64,000 nucleotides of DNA from Lytechinus pictus (GCF_037042905.1 NW_026974140.1:1118001-1182000), one strand, 5' to 3'; numbered from the stretch's first letter, positions 13,280 to 26,539 are shown. Made by a program: numbers and translations. The notes: a model not told the origin generated them from the letters alone.

Positions 13280-13760
13280 AGGACAAGTCTACCCCCCAAA
13301 AAAGTTGATTTGAATAAAGATAGAAAAATCCAACAAGCATAACACTGAAAATTTCATTTAAATCGGATGTAAAATAAGAAAGTTATGACATATAAAAGTT
13401 TTGCTTAATTTCACAAAACAGTTATATGCACATCCTGGTCGGTTTGCAATTGAAGAGACTGATGATGTCATCCACTCACTATTTCTTTTGTATTTTATTA
13501 TATGAAATATTCTAATTTTCTCATTCTCAAGTGAAAAAAAGGATTAATTCCTCCCTGAACATGTGGAATTAGCATTGTTTAATACCATAATGATTCATCA
13601 GGTTGATCCTTATTGTCAGATCTGTAAAAAATGAAATATTGTATTATTCAAACAATAAAACACAAAATAAATAGTGAGTGAGCGACATCATCGACTAACT
13701 CACTTGCATGTCACTGAGTTGTGCATATAATTGTTTTGTGAAAAATAAGCCAATCTTTAA
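13280..13760 (-). mobile_element. Truncated Kolobok-like TTAA MITE (aggacaagtccacccc family)
   Basis: ttaa-aggacaagtctacccc start. Reverse-complement homology to 25584-26187 and 32380-32974. Confidence 0.8.
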
Positions 13761-14014
13761 AAAGGAATTTTCCCTCACATAGATACAAAGCACTTGGCAC
13801 GTTTGTTTTTGTTTTGTGTGTGTTTTAAAAAGCACATTTTGCTGTAATAAAATTGCTGATACATTTAGTTTGAAAACAAGCACATGAACCCCTTTTTTAT
13901 ATTTGCACCTCTTTAATACCTTCCTCTAGAACTTTGCAAAGTTTGGTAAAAATATTAAAATAAAGTGCAGCATTTATTGTACTTCTCATGTTTGTTAAAA
14001 AAAAGTCACATGTT

Positions 14015-15151
14015 TGTCTCACCTGCATAGCAGAATGATACTAGAGGCGCCGCTTTTGTGACGACGGCGGCGGCGTCAACACCAAATCTTAACCGAAGGT
14101 TAAGTTTTTTTAAATGACAGCATAACTTAGAAAATAAATGGACCTAGTTCATGAAACTTGGACATAAGGTTAATCAAGTATTACTGAACATCCAGCCTGA
14201 GTTTCTTATCACATGACCAAGGTCAAAGGTCATTTAGGGTCAATGAACTTTGGCCAAATTGGGGGTATTTGTTGAATTACCATCATAACTTTGAAAGTAT
14301 ATTGGTCTAGTTCATAAATCTTGGACATAAGAGTAATCAAGTATCACTGAAAATCCTGTACGCATTTCAGGTCACATGACCAAGGTCAAAGGTCAATGAA
14401 CTTTGGCCATAATGGGGGTATCTGTTGAATTACCATCATAACTTTAAAAGTTTATGGATCTGACTCATGAATCTTGGACATAAGAGTCGTCAAGTATCAC
14501 TGAACATCTCAGCGAGTTTCAGGTCACATGACCAAAGTCAAAGGTCATTTAAGGTCATTGAACTTTGGCCAAATTGGGGGTATTTGTTGAATTACCATCA
14601 TAACTTTGAAAGTATATTGGTCTAGTTCATAAATCTTGGACATAAGAGTAATCAAGTATCACTGAAAATCCTGTACGCATTTCAGGTCACATGACCAAGG
14701 TCAAAGGTCAATGAACTTTGGCCATAATGGGGGTATCTGTTGAATTACCATCATAACTTTGAAAGATTATGGATCTGACTCATGAATCTTGGACATAAGA
14801 GTCGTCAAGTATCACTGAACATCTCAGCGAGTTTCAGGTCACATGACCAAAGTCAAAGGTCATTTAAGGTCATTGAACTTTGGCCATTTTCGAGGTAATT
14901 ATTAGATTGCTGTCATAACTTTCAAAGTTTATAGATATAGTGTATAAAATGTGGATATAGGGGTAATCAAGTATCACTGACAAGTTTTAGGTCACATGAT
15001 TAAGGTCAAATGTCAATGATTGTAGTATTGTATCATTATACGAATGGTTTTTTTTTGTGAAAAATTATTTTATAGTAGTTTTCAAAGTCAGCACTGCTGC
15101 TATATTGAATCGCATGATGCAGGTGAGACCGCCAGAGGTATTTCCCTTGTT
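14015..15151 (+). mobile_element. Complete HINE (Helentron-associated) with internal 163/152-bp dimeric satellite
   Basis: Sub-TIR gtctcacctgcat (14016-14028) / atgcaggtgagac (15117-15129), a ggc microsatellite after the 5' end, and T-rich ends. Units start at 14216, 14379, 14531, 14694 and 14846 (163, 152, 163, 152 bp). Confidence 0.8.
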
Positions 15152-15871
15152 GGGATTAAGTTTTTGTTATCTTTCACACCATTCTTAAGAACTGACAGTG
15201 CTGTTAGACTATAGAACCAATAGCAATATCAATAGATTCTCCATCTAAGGATAAGCCCTGATACAATTGAATTATTAATGTATATTGCAAAATTCGATGA
15301 AATTTCCATGGATTTGGACTGACTGAGCAATAGAGGTTTAAACTCATTGTAATGATCTCATAAGGTCTAAAAATGCAAAATTCTTTTGAATGTGCAATTC
15401 TTAAGAACCTCCATTTGAGTGAACTTGTGGAGCTCTATAGCAAAAAATCAAGCACATGGACTCATTTTAGTTTTGCCTATTTGGAATATTCATGTGCTAA
15501 AGTATCTATGTGCAAAGTTTGATGAAAATGACATGGATTTCACTGTAACTGTGGAACGTCCTTATACAGCTCTTGCATTGAATACTGGCCAATCTATTTT
15601 TATGATCATCTGTACACACAAAAATGGTTGGCCTTTTTGTGCTAAGCAGTAACTTTATTTCATTTTCCATGCATTACTTGGAAATAAACTTAACAGTAAC
15701 ACACTTAACATGAAGAAAATGAAATTTTGATGTGTTTTCTGTGAGATTAATTGAAGGCTTTAATAAAGGTATTCTTGTTTTTCCCTCGTTCAGACCACTT
15801 GATCATTATATATATGTAAAACCCTGTTTCACCTTTGAGACCAGCAGACTTTTGACATCTAATATTTTCGC

Positions 15872-16414
15872 ATACATTCGTAATTCCGAAGCTTCGTTAT
15901 TCCGAAGGTTCGGATATTCCGAAGGTTCGTTATTCCGAAGGTTCGTATTTCCGAAGGTTCGTAATTCCGAAGGTTCGGTAGTCCGAAAACGAAATGAGGT
16001 TCGTAATTCCGAAGGTTCGTTAGTCCGAAAACAAAGTGAGGTTCGTAATTCCGAAGGTTCGTTAATCCGAAAAAGAAATGAGGTTCTTAATTCCGAAGGT
16101 TCGTTTGTCCGAAAACTAACTGATTAACTAACCTTATTTAGTTTTCGGACTTACGAACCTTCGGAACAATGAACCTTATTTTGTTTCGGATAAACGAACC
16201 TTCGGAACATCGAACCTTATTTCGTTTTCGGATTATCGAACCTTCGGAATAACGAACCTTCGGAATAACGCCACAAATGATCGGATTAACGAACCCTTTT
16301 ACGTTTTCGGATTAACGAACATCGAGGTATAGGCAATTTGCGTGTTTCGGAATTACGAACCTTTGGAATAAAGAACCTTCGGAATTACGAACCTTCGGAA
16401 TTACGAAGTGTAAC
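15872..16414. mobile_element. Foldback MITE built from 15-bp ttccgaaggttcgta units
   Basis: The left arm is tandem (ttcgtaattccgaagg) and the right arm is its reverse complement (ccttcggaattacgaa), ending gtgtaacc. The symmetry centre is near 16125. Confidence 0.85.
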
Positions 16415-16530
16415 CAATATTTTATTACTAAGAGTGGTAGAAGTTGCTGGAGTATTTATGTTGTAATATTATATTATGCCGAAAACACCCATTATGCAAG
16501 GGAGGAAGATGATGATGTCGCACAGTCTGT

Positions 16531-17140
16531 TTTGTCTCACCTGCATAGCAGAGTGAGACATGTAGGCGCTGCTTTTCCGATTGCGGCGACGGCGTCAACA
16601 TTGAAATCTTTACCAAGTTTTTGAAATATGTCATCACAACTTAGAAAATGTATGGACCTAGATCGTAAAACTGATCATAAGTGTAATCAAGAAGCACTGA
16701 TTATATTGTATGATATTCAGGTTGGTCACATGACCAAGGTCAAAAGGTCATTTAGGGTCAACAAACTTTGCCATGTTTGGGCTAATGTTTCAAATGTCAT
16801 CAGAACTTTGTATGTTTATGGATCTATTGAAATGAAGTTTGGACACAAGGGTAATAAAGGATCACCGAGTGTCACATATTTTAGGTCAATGATTAAGGTC
16901 AAAGGTCATAATCAGGATTAAGCTTTTGAAATGTTATTGTTGGCATAAATTTATCTTTTGCATGAAACTTTAATACTGGGGTACCGGTAATCAATTACAA
17001 CTGATCATCTTGCATGAGTTTCAGGTCACGTGAGAGGTAAAAGATCATTTAGGTTCAATAAACTTAGTATTTTATCATCATATCAATGGTGCTTGGGGGG
17101 AATGATAATTCATCTTAGTTTTCAAATTTGGCACTGCTGC
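16531..17140 (+). mobile_element. Diverged HINE of the 14015 family
   Basis: 5' hairpin tgtctcac-ctgcatagcaga-gtgagaca, ggtcaaaggtca units, and the 3' motif gcactgctgct. Confidence 0.75.
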
Positions 17141-17290
17141 TTTATAAAATGTTGCAAGGGAGTGAAGTGAGCAAGCAAAAATATTGAAATTTTTATTACA
17201 AAAAATCTAAATTTTGTGATAGATTTTTGGAATAAAATTTAGAAAATATTATCTCTTCTCTCTTTCATTTTCTTTTTTTATTGGTTGTTT

Positions 17291-20200
17291 TTATTGGTTG
17301 TGAACCACCCCCCCCCCCCCCCCACACCACCACTGGTTTTATACTGCACGAAAGTAGACCCATATTGCACTTGTAGATCAGGATACAATTTAAGGCCAGT
17401 TTACATTTTAAAGCCAGGTTACACTTTAAAGCCTACTTACGTCTTAAAGAAGGCAACTCTTTAAAGCGGGTTAAACTGTACGGCCAGGTTACACAATAAG
17501 CACGGATATAACACTTTAAAGCCTATCAAAGCCAGAGGTTGCATTATATTATAAGGCCAGGGGGTGTTCCACAAATATTTAAGTATGACATACAGTCTCA
17601 CTTAAATCCCTCATCAAGTGCGATATAAAAGGCATGACAGTATTGGTCAGATCATGTGTAGAGGCAGCGCACTACTGCGGAGATCATTATGGTAGCATGT
17701 TGTATATCTTTTCTCGTCGGCATTTAAGTGCGACCTAATAGGCGAGCGGCGAGAGGCCAAAATTTGGGACTTTAATCCCCCCGACTGGATCAAAGCAAAA
17801 ACATGCATCATTTTGAAGGAAACTTTCTGAATTTTTTTAAACTGAGAATTAAAAGTGTCGCAGAGTGTAGCTTCACCATGGAAAGCAGCCTTGAATAGGC
17901 CACGCCCATTTTTGTGATAAATGCAAAGCAGTAACTTATTTTTTATATTTGTTAATTAATTATACTAATTTATATATAAATATAGACTTTACAAGGATAA
18001 GATCACTACAGATTGAATGATATGATAACGCCTAGCAACCAAATATATATTTCATACATATATGATTTCAAAACTGTTGCCTAGCAACATTATTTTCCCT
18101 AGCAACCATATTCACTCTTCAATATTCTCTCATTTTTTACCAGATTAATTCATTTTATCTTTTTTTTTTTTTTTCATTTGTAAAAACTAATGAAGAAGGT
18201 GAATTTTGATGAAAAAATGAATAAAAGAGGAAGAGTAGGATGTATAATGCATTTATGATCATGAAAAGTTACATTATTGCCATGTTTGATTAACCCCTGC
18301 ATGATATCACTATGTTTGTGTGTATTTACGACTATACGCATCAGTATGGTCTATTATCATTTAAATGGATTTTATAATATTGTTATAAATCATTCTTAGA
18401 TACCCTGCTGTGTCATGTTATCTGTTCTAATCTAAATAATTGAGTATTCATCAATTTTTATGTTACCTATGGAAACCATTATGTTGCCTAGCAACAGCAT
18501 TTTCCCTAGCAACCATCACTTTTTGGCGATATTTCAAGCCTGTAACTTCCCGAAAATTTCATTTGTTGGTCCTCAAAATGCATCTTATACTATTCTAAGC
18601 ATTTGTCGTGGTGATGGCAATTAATTTCAGCCATCTGGCCAGGCAGTCGGCATATCGAGAGAGGGCATGGCTGTATGCATAAAACTTTTCCTTGGGGTGG
18701 CAAGACGACTAAAAAATCTCCAAGAAACAAAGCGAGGGAGCGCATTTCGCTGCGTACGGAAATGGGAGAGGAAATTGGTATTATTAACAATATCATTTAG
18801 TTTGTTCTTTGGACAGTTTATTGTATAACATTTTAGGAAGGTTAATACATATCTAAGATCAACCAATAAGTCTTAAAGTGTCTGCAATGGGAAACGAAAT
18901 TATTTATCAGTATGGCAAATATAATTCCTAATCTGCAATTCTGGCAATTTTCCTGTGTTTTAAGGGGTTTTTTTTTTTTATTGGTTGTGAACCACCCCCC
19001 CCCCCCCCCCCCACACCACCACTGGTTTTATACTGCACGCAAGTAGACCCATATTGCACTTGTAGATCAGGATACAATTTAAGGCCAGTTTACATTTTAA
19101 AGCCAGGTTACACTTTAAAGCCTACTTACGTCTTAAAGAAGGCAACTCTTTAAAGCGGGTTAAACTGTACGGCCAGGTTACACAATAAGCACGGATATAA
19201 CACTTTAAAGCCTATCAAAGCCAGAGGTTGCATTATATTATAAGGCCAGGGGGTGTTCCACAAATATTTAAGTATGACATACAGTCTCACTTAAATCCCT
19301 CATCAAGTGCGATATAAAAGGCATGACAGTATTGGTCAGATCATGTGTAGAGGCAGCGCACTACTGCGGAGATCGTTATGGTAGCATGTTGTATATCTTT
19401 TCTCGTCGGCATTTAAGTGCGACCTAATAGGCGAGCGGCGAGAGGCCAAAATTTGGGACTTTAATCCCCCCGACTGGATCAAAGCAAAAACATGCATCAT
19501 TTTGAAGGAAACTTTCTGAATTTTTTTAAACTGAGAATTAAAAGTGTCGCAGAGTGTAGCTTCACCATGGAAAGCAGCCTTGAATAGGCCACGCCCATTT
19601 TTGTGATAAATGCAAAGCAGTAACTTATTTTTTATATTTGTTAATTAATTACACTAATTTATATATAAATATAGACTTTACAAGGATAAGATCACTACAG
19701 ATTGAATGATATGATAACGCCTAGCAACCAAATATATATTTCATACATATATGATTTCAAAACTGTTGCCTAGCAACATTATTTTCCCTAGCAACCATAT
19801 TCACTCTTCAATATTCTCTCTTTTTTTACCAGATTAATTCATTTTATCTTTTTTTTTTTTTTTCATTTGTAAAAACTAATGAAGAAGGTGAATTTTGATG
19901 AAAAAATGAATAAAAGAGGAAGAGTAGGATGTATAATGCATTTATGATCATGAAAAGTTACATTATTGCCATGTTTGATTAACCCCTGCATGATATCACT
20001 ATGTTTGTGTGTATTTACGACTATACGCATCAGTATGGTCTATTATCATTTAATGGATTTTATAATATTGTTATAAATCATTCTTAGATACCCTGCTGTG
20101 TCATGTTATCTGTTCTAATCTAAATAATTGAGTATTCATCAATTTTTATGTTACCTATGGAAACCATTATGTTGCCTAGCAACAGCATTTTCCCTAGCAA

Positions 20201-20756
20201 CCATCACTTTTTGGCGATATTTCAAGCCTGTAACTTCCCGAAAATTTCATTTGTTGGTCCTCAAAATGCATCTTATACTATTCTAAGCATTTGTCGTGGT
20301 GATGGCAATTAATTTCAGCCATCTGGCCAGGCAGTCGGCATATCGAGAGAGGGCATGGCTGTATGCATAAAACTTTTCCTTGGGGTGGCAAGACGACTAA
20401 AAAATCTCCAAGAAACAAAGCGAGGGAGTGAAGTGACTGAGTTTGGCAAGGGGCGCTTTTTCATAGTAAATTAAAGGATATCATGAACACTTTTGGTGAA
20501 TTTTGTGAAAATTTTCAGTTTAAAAATGTAACTTTTCGCTGCGTACGGAAATGGGAGAGGAAATTGGTATTATTAACAATATCATTTAGTTTGTTCTTTG
20601 GACAGTTTATTGTATAACATTTTAGGAAGGTTAATACATATCTAAGATCAACCAATAAGTCTTAAAGTGTCTGCAATGGGAAACGAAGTTATTTATCAGT
20701 ATGGCAAATATAATTCCTAATCTGCAATTCTGGCAATTTTCCTGTGTTTTAAGGGG
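17291..20756 (+). repeat. Near-identical tandem duplication of about 1.69 kb (17291-18967 and 18978-20756)
   Basis: The copies are almost base-identical. Copy 2 has about 105 extra bp (20429-20533) that are replaced by cgca in copy 1. Confidence 0.95.
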
Positions 20757-21119
20757 TTTTTTTTTCTTCTTTTTTTATTATACCAATGCATGGGCAATGG
20801 GGCAGTTAACACAAGTCTACTTGCAGACCTTCAAGCAGGGTTGCTAGTTTATCTGGACAACTTGGTGAAAAAAGGCTTTTCAATGATCACCTGCCGTGAT
20901 TTAAACACAGATCAAGAGATCCTCAGTCGTACATATATCAAGTAGACAACAAAAATTACTCTAATCTGAGCCTGTTGCTCACTAGAACTGGTTAGTCCCT
21001 GTACAATATGGGCATTACTGATTCCAGCAGTTAATTAGCTGAGTATAAGCCCTATTATTGTCTCATCAAGCCAACGGGCAAAGTCCTAACCATTGAAATA
21101 TGAGTATTTCTTTAAGTTC

Positions 21120-23600
21120 TTTCTATAAACCTCCTAACCAATTTTTCTCCCTTCCTCGAGAAGCCCCCTCCGCTATCGAGGAAATGTAATTATTGGGGAT
21201 TTCAACAGTCACAGCATTATCTGGGGGTATGGAGAAACCAATGAGATGGAGAACTTGTGGAGAACTGGTCAGAGGCAAATCAGATTGCATCACCCAACAA
21301 AATGTGAGAAGGTTGTGCTTGACCCTCTCCCGCACACTCAACATCGACCTATTGGGCTGAAGGTGAATGCAGCCATCACTCCACGTACAGTTCCCTTTCA
21401 CAGACATTTCATCCTGAAGAAACCAATCTGGGAGCAGTTTGTCATAGATCCGGATACCTATCCACAGGACCTTCCAGCACTCCCTACTCATTACGACACA
21501 TTTGGAAAGCTGTTTAAGAAATCATCACAGAAGAATATTCTACGAGGATGCCGTACAAACTATTCTCCGGGCTTGACGGATGACGAAGCTGCTGTACAAT
21601 ACATATTTCAGGAGCTTTGAGAATTACCCATTTGGTGCCGATACACTTGAATGTGGGGGGGGAATTGACAACTGCCATTCTGGATAGTAAAAAAGAAAGT
21701 GACAGTAATTTAATAAATCAATGGATATGACTCACAACAGCATAAAAGCCGGGGAAAGCAATTCGGATCCTTGAAAAAGACTATGCGAGTCTCAAACTAT
21801 ACCCTTAGTGACCACCGACCAAGTGGCCCACTATCTTCTTGTGTACAGTCAAGGTAACCCTATTTATTGCCCGCGAAGGGCCAATCTTCCTAAAAGTGCA
21901 GAGACAGCATCCCAACTAAGAGTCATTTGAATACACAAGACCATTCAGCATGAACGTCTTGTCTGCTTGCGCTATGCTATCAAAGAAAACAATGAAGAGC
22001 AACAAGTCACCTACATTAGATATAATGTCCTTTGTGAGCAGATCACACTTCTTGGACCTGTTGCATCCCAAGGGCTGCTGACATGTTAAACCACTGTTTG
22101 CATTAAAAAAAAAACAATGGCAAGAGGAAATTGAGGGTATGGTTGCCTAACTCGAGCCAGGCAAAGACCGAATCAGCCCAAATAATTACAGAACAATCTC
22201 TCTACTCTGTCACACATACACGCCCTTTGAAAGGCTCCCTTTTTTACCGCATTGCTCCCTTTGTGACTGAGTTCCTCATTCCAGTCGGCAAGATTCAGGC
22301 CAGGAAAGTTTGAATCTGACTCAGTACATCAGATGGTTTGAGGAGGGTCTGAAAACTGGAGCAGCCTTTGTTGACTTCTCTGCAGCTTATGAAACAGTTA
22401 ATCATAGGGTAGGCCTACTTACGAGGAAAGTCATTGTGATGACAAAGGACTTCATGTTGACAAGGCTAATTCAGAACATGCTCTCAAACCGGTTGTGTGT
22501 GAATCTCAGTGTTTCCAACAGAAAATGGTGGAGGCAGAAAAATGGTCTCTCACAAAGAAGTGTCCTTGCCTCACACCTCTTTAACATCTAAACAAACAAC
22601 CAACTAATCCACCCAATCACCAAGAGCTACCTATGATGATGAACTGTACATTGCCTCACAGAAGCAGTCAGTTGAAGAGGTGGAAAAAACATTCAGTGAT
22701 GCTCTGGCATATCTGGCTCCTTACTATCCAGTGAAAACCCAACTTAGCGTCTTCCACCTTAACAATAGAGACAGACCGGAAACTGATGGTCAGATGGTGT
22801 TGAAAGTGAATGAAACACACCAGCAAGCCTACCTACCTTGACGTCACTCTTGCGTACAGTGAACATGTTGCCAAGACAAAGGCAAAAGCTGGAAAAAGGA
22901 ACAACATCAAAAAGAGGATTGCTAACACAATATGGGAAGCAGATGCCAAACCATCCGTTCAACAGCTCTGCTGTATGCTACAAGTTTAATCCAGTCCTGA
23001 ATGCTGCTTGCAGAGCAATTTCCGGCTGTCTTCTACCAAAAAGAGTAGATGGTCGTTACATATTGTGTGGCACAGTCCCCCACACATAGAGATATCAACA
23101 CGGGTGGAAAACAAGCAATAACAAGATGTCCTTCTTCTTCCACTCTTTAACTATGAACCTGCCAAAAAGAGACTTGAATCAAGACAGGTTCCTTCACTTG
23201 ACTGAATCCTTTGATGGCTATGCACACAGTCAAAGGATCCCCCTGTGGTCAAACCACATCCAGCCTGTGACGCAAAAGCTTTCCATGTGACCTAGCGAAT
23301 CACGCCCCCAGGTTCAAGTGACGAATGGTCATCCTGGCTATGTCTCAATCGCCTATGGTCTGGAACAGGAAGGTGCAAAGTCCTTAATATGCAGTTCGGG
23401 GCAACAGCAGGGATGCAGACACTATCTACGACTGAGGGGAGGATCAGACAGTGCATCACCTTTTGGTCTGCCCCCCCCCCCCCGTCCTACCAGAGCCGTG
23501 CGCTGCCAAAGAATTGGAGTCGATCAACCCCAAAACCAGATCTTGCTTGAACCCTCTACTACACAGGACTTGTTTAATGACCCGAGAAGATGGGCACAGA
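21120..23600 (+). mobile_element. Decayed non-LTR retrotransposon, I-group (Vingi/Ingi-like); APE endonuclease and RT fragments
   Basis: YKPP, VIIGDFNSHSIIWGY, HTQHRPI, GLKTGAAFVDFSAAYETVNHR, WRQKNGLSQRSVLASHLFNI and C-terminal WLCLNRLWSGTGRCK. Many stops and frameshifts. Confidence 0.8.
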
Positions 23601-23723
23601 GCAAATATTGCCCTTTAGAATCATTCAGTATACTATGACCAAATTGGAGGCTAGGTGTGCAGGAGTCTCTCTCTCCAAAAGGTGGCTTTTTAAGGGGGGT
23701 ATGTAGATATGGGGTAAAATTGT

Positions 23724-23888
23724 TAGCATCGAATATCTTTGCTCTTCCACTGGCAAATTGTAATTTTCACCTTAAAACACTAACAATCAGAATATAGGCA
23801 CCGAATATATAGCATCGAATATCTTTGCTCTTCCACTGGCAAATTGTAATTTTCCCTTCAAACACTAACAATCAGAATATAGACACCG
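23724..23888 (+). repeat. Two-copy tandem repeat of about 86 bp
   Basis: tagcatcgaatatctttgctcttccactggcaaattgtaatttt...aatcagaatatag.caccg occurs twice. Confidence 0.9.
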
Positions 23889-24119
23889 TTTTCAGCAAAG
23901 TTTTAGCCTAACCGACAACCCCATGAGGAACCAATTAAGTCTCTGCCCCCTCCCCATCCAACAACACATGAGCAAATAATCATTTTTCCCCCAAATGTCA
24001 GATTACCATAAATAGGTGTCTTCGACCAGTCAGACAATTAATGACACACTTCTTAGGTCATTAAAGATGCCATGTCCTGTTAATGGTACAAGATCTACAT
24101 GTAGCTTTCCTGTGAAAAG

Positions 24120-24960
24120 ACTCTAGTGCAGTGGCAGTTCATAGCTCTGTCATAGCTCTGGTAGGAGGGGGCAGACACAAAAGTGTTGTATCCTATGATC
24201 ATCCTTACAGTTGCAGGTAGTTTCTCCATTCCTATTGTAGACACATAGGCGATTCAAACAGGATCAGGTAGGCCATTCTTCACTTGGACCTGGAGAGTGA
24301 TGTACTTAGTCCATAGGTGAGCTTGTGCATCACAGACTGGAGATTTTTAGACCAGAGGGTGACGCTTTCATGCGTGCAGAGTCATCAAGGGATTCTGTTA
24401 AGCGGAGAAAACTGTGTCTAGATTTGAGTCTCTTGGCAGGTTCATAGTTGACGAGTGGAATACTATCTTCTTGATTTTTTTCTTTCATCTGTGCTGATGA
24501 CTTCTCTTCTGACGTATGGTGGGGCAATGATACAGAGTAGGTAAATATTCTGTTAGTCGAAAACAGCCAGTGATGGCTCTGCATGCTCCATTCAAGACTT
24601 GGGGGTCAATATTTAGCACCAAGAGCTGCGTACTCAGCAGTGGAGAAGCATAGAGAAAGAGCTGTGGTACAGATAGATTTGGTATCTGTCAATATCCCAT
24701 CTGTTACCCAGCTTCTTCAGATTGATTCTTGCTCCAAATTTTGCATTTGTTTTGGCAGCATGTTCTTTCTATGAAAAAGAACGGTCTAGAATGACGCCAA
24801 GGTAGGTTAGCTTGTAACCATCTGACCCTCAGTTTTTATCTTCTCTCTGTTTTTAAGGTGGAATACACTAAGTTGGGGGTGTTTCTGAATTGGCTCAGAG
24901 ATGATTTATAGCACAGTAAGGAGTTAGACTTGCCAGATCATCACTGAGTCCGTTTTGGCA
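24120..24960 (-). mobile_element. Second, 5'-truncated Vingi/Ingi-like LINE fragment
   Basis: Minus-strand motifs LTYLGVILDRS, TALSLCFSTAEYAA and YEPAKRLKSRHSF, homologous to 22680-23400. Confidence 0.75.
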
Positions 24961-25261
24961 CACCGAGGAGTGTTTATTACTTTAGAAATTATTGCACAAT
25001 TCAATGTTTTCTCACTCCATTTAAGCAGTGATACAAATTTATGCATTTAGATGTTCCAGCCTTATTTGACCAAATCATCACAGATACAGATTAGTATGTT
25101 TTACCAATACTGTAGGGGTATCATCCTAATTACATCAGTTTTAGATATTTTCCCAGACATATTTGTTATACCATGGATGTCTTTAAAGATTTACATTGAT
25201 CTAAATCTCCATGGAACGAACAGTAGCGTTAGTGTAAGCCCTACACTAGTGACATGTGTAC

Positions 25262-25399
25262 CTGTTTTCCAAAGCTTTGCCTTTGTCAATGTCCTTTACA
25301 AATGTATGCATGTTGAGAGGAATTTTCTTAAACTGAGCATTGAAGGCATCAGTTTTTAACAGCCGGAGTCACTGACACTATTGCTGTAGCCGAAAATAC
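25262..25399 (-). pseudogene. Candidate decayed 138-nt exon inside the Academ-like element
   Basis: Acceptor ttgtccttcag and donor gtacac, phase 2-2. Reads YFRLQQ*CQ*LRLLKTDAFNAQFKKIPLNMHTFVKDIDKGKALEN. Both stops are single C>T changes from CAG and CGA. Confidence 0.4.
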
Positions 25400-25583
25400 C
25401 TGAAGGACAACATCAAAGTCTACTTAAGCTGTTATACCTCCTCTCCACATTCAGGGACTTTTATCGTATGCCCCTCCCTGGTTGTCTCTATTCAGCAGAT
25501 GTGTGCAAACCTCATGACATATTACATAATGACACTTAGACATAGAAAACATCTCCCAATTTAGTAAGCCTTTCTACCCTTAA

Positions 25584-26187
25584 AGGTCAAGTCCACCCCA
25601 GCAAAATGTTGATTTGAATAAATAGAGAAAAATCAAACTAGCATAACACTGAAAATTTCATCAAAATCGGATGTAAAATAGGAAAGTTATGGTATTTTAA
25701 ACTTTTCGCTTATTTTTAACAAAACAGTGATATGCACAACTCAGTACCATGAAAATGAGTCAGTCGATGATGTCCATCACTCACTATTTCTTTTGTTTTT
25801 TATTGTTTGAATTATACAATATTTCATTTTTTACAGATTTGACCATAGGGACAGACTTAACTGAATCATATAGTATGAAACAATACTAATTCCACATGTT
25901 CAGGGAGGAATTAATCACTGTTTCACTTGACAATGAGGAGATAATTAGAATATTTCATATTTAATATAATAAAATACAAAAGAAATAATGAGTGGATGAT
26001 GTCATCACTCTCCCCATTTGCATATCGACCAGGATGTGCATATAACTGTTTTGTGAAATTAAGCGAAACTTTAAAATGCCATAACTTTCTTATTTTACAT
26101 CCGATTTTGATGAAATTTTCAGTGCTGTGCTTGTTGGATTTTTCTCTTTTTATTCAAATCAATTTTTTGTTGGGGTGGACTTGTCCT
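25584..26187 (+). mobile_element. Complete Kolobok-like TTAA MITE
   Basis: TTAA at 25580-25583 and 26188-26191. TIR aggtcaagtccacccca / tggggtggacttgtcct, with long imperfect arms. Confidence 0.9.
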
Positions 26188-26221
26188 TTAATGGTTTTCT
26201 TTTCCTTATCTTGGCCTAATC

Positions 26222-26418
26222 AGGAATGATAGCTCAGTCGGTAGAGAGGGGGTTTCGGATTACGTTGACCTGGATTTGATTCCAACTTGGTGCATTAGTG
26301 CTCTTTTGTAAGACGCATCCTCATTACCAGGTTTTGGAGAGGACATTAAGCTGTTGGTTCTCTGGTTGTTTGCTTACAGGCATTCATACTTTCTTAGCAA
26401 TCAGGTAAACAACAACCA
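26222..26418 (+). mobile_element. tRNA-derived SINE
   Basis: A-box tagctcagtcgg (26230-26241), degenerate B-box gatttgattcc (about 26273-26283), a non-tRNA body and an (aac)n-like tail. Confidence 0.65.
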
Positions 26419-26539
26419 TATTAAGGCTTGAGATCCCAAGTTTCCATGCTTTCATCCCTTCGATTTCTGGACAGTTGTCAGATTGAAAGTGACATCATAA
26501 GTTCCCTGTGATTAAACTTCTGACACTTATTAATAGTAT

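Larger units (their letters stand above)
12231..15564. mobile_element. TIR element of the (T)AAGGACGTTCCACAG family hosting a TTAA MITE and a HINE
   Basis: tgaggtagttccacagt (12231) is inverted to actgtggaacgtcctta (to 15564). Segments 13770-14000 and 15160-15560 are reverse-complement homologous to about 58830-59420 and 38354-38410. Confidence 0.55.

Noticed and set aside
15732..16127. 131-aa ORF with RNSEGS repeats
   Set aside because: Translation of the 15-bp tandem units of a foldback MITE, not a gene.
25996..26229. Conserved small ORF shared with 32690-32944
   Set aside because: The similarity is due to both lying in copies of the same non-coding TTAA MITE.
26222..26295. Functional tRNA gene
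   Set aside because: The B-box is degenerate, there is no convincing acceptor or anticodon stem, and it continues into a SINE body.
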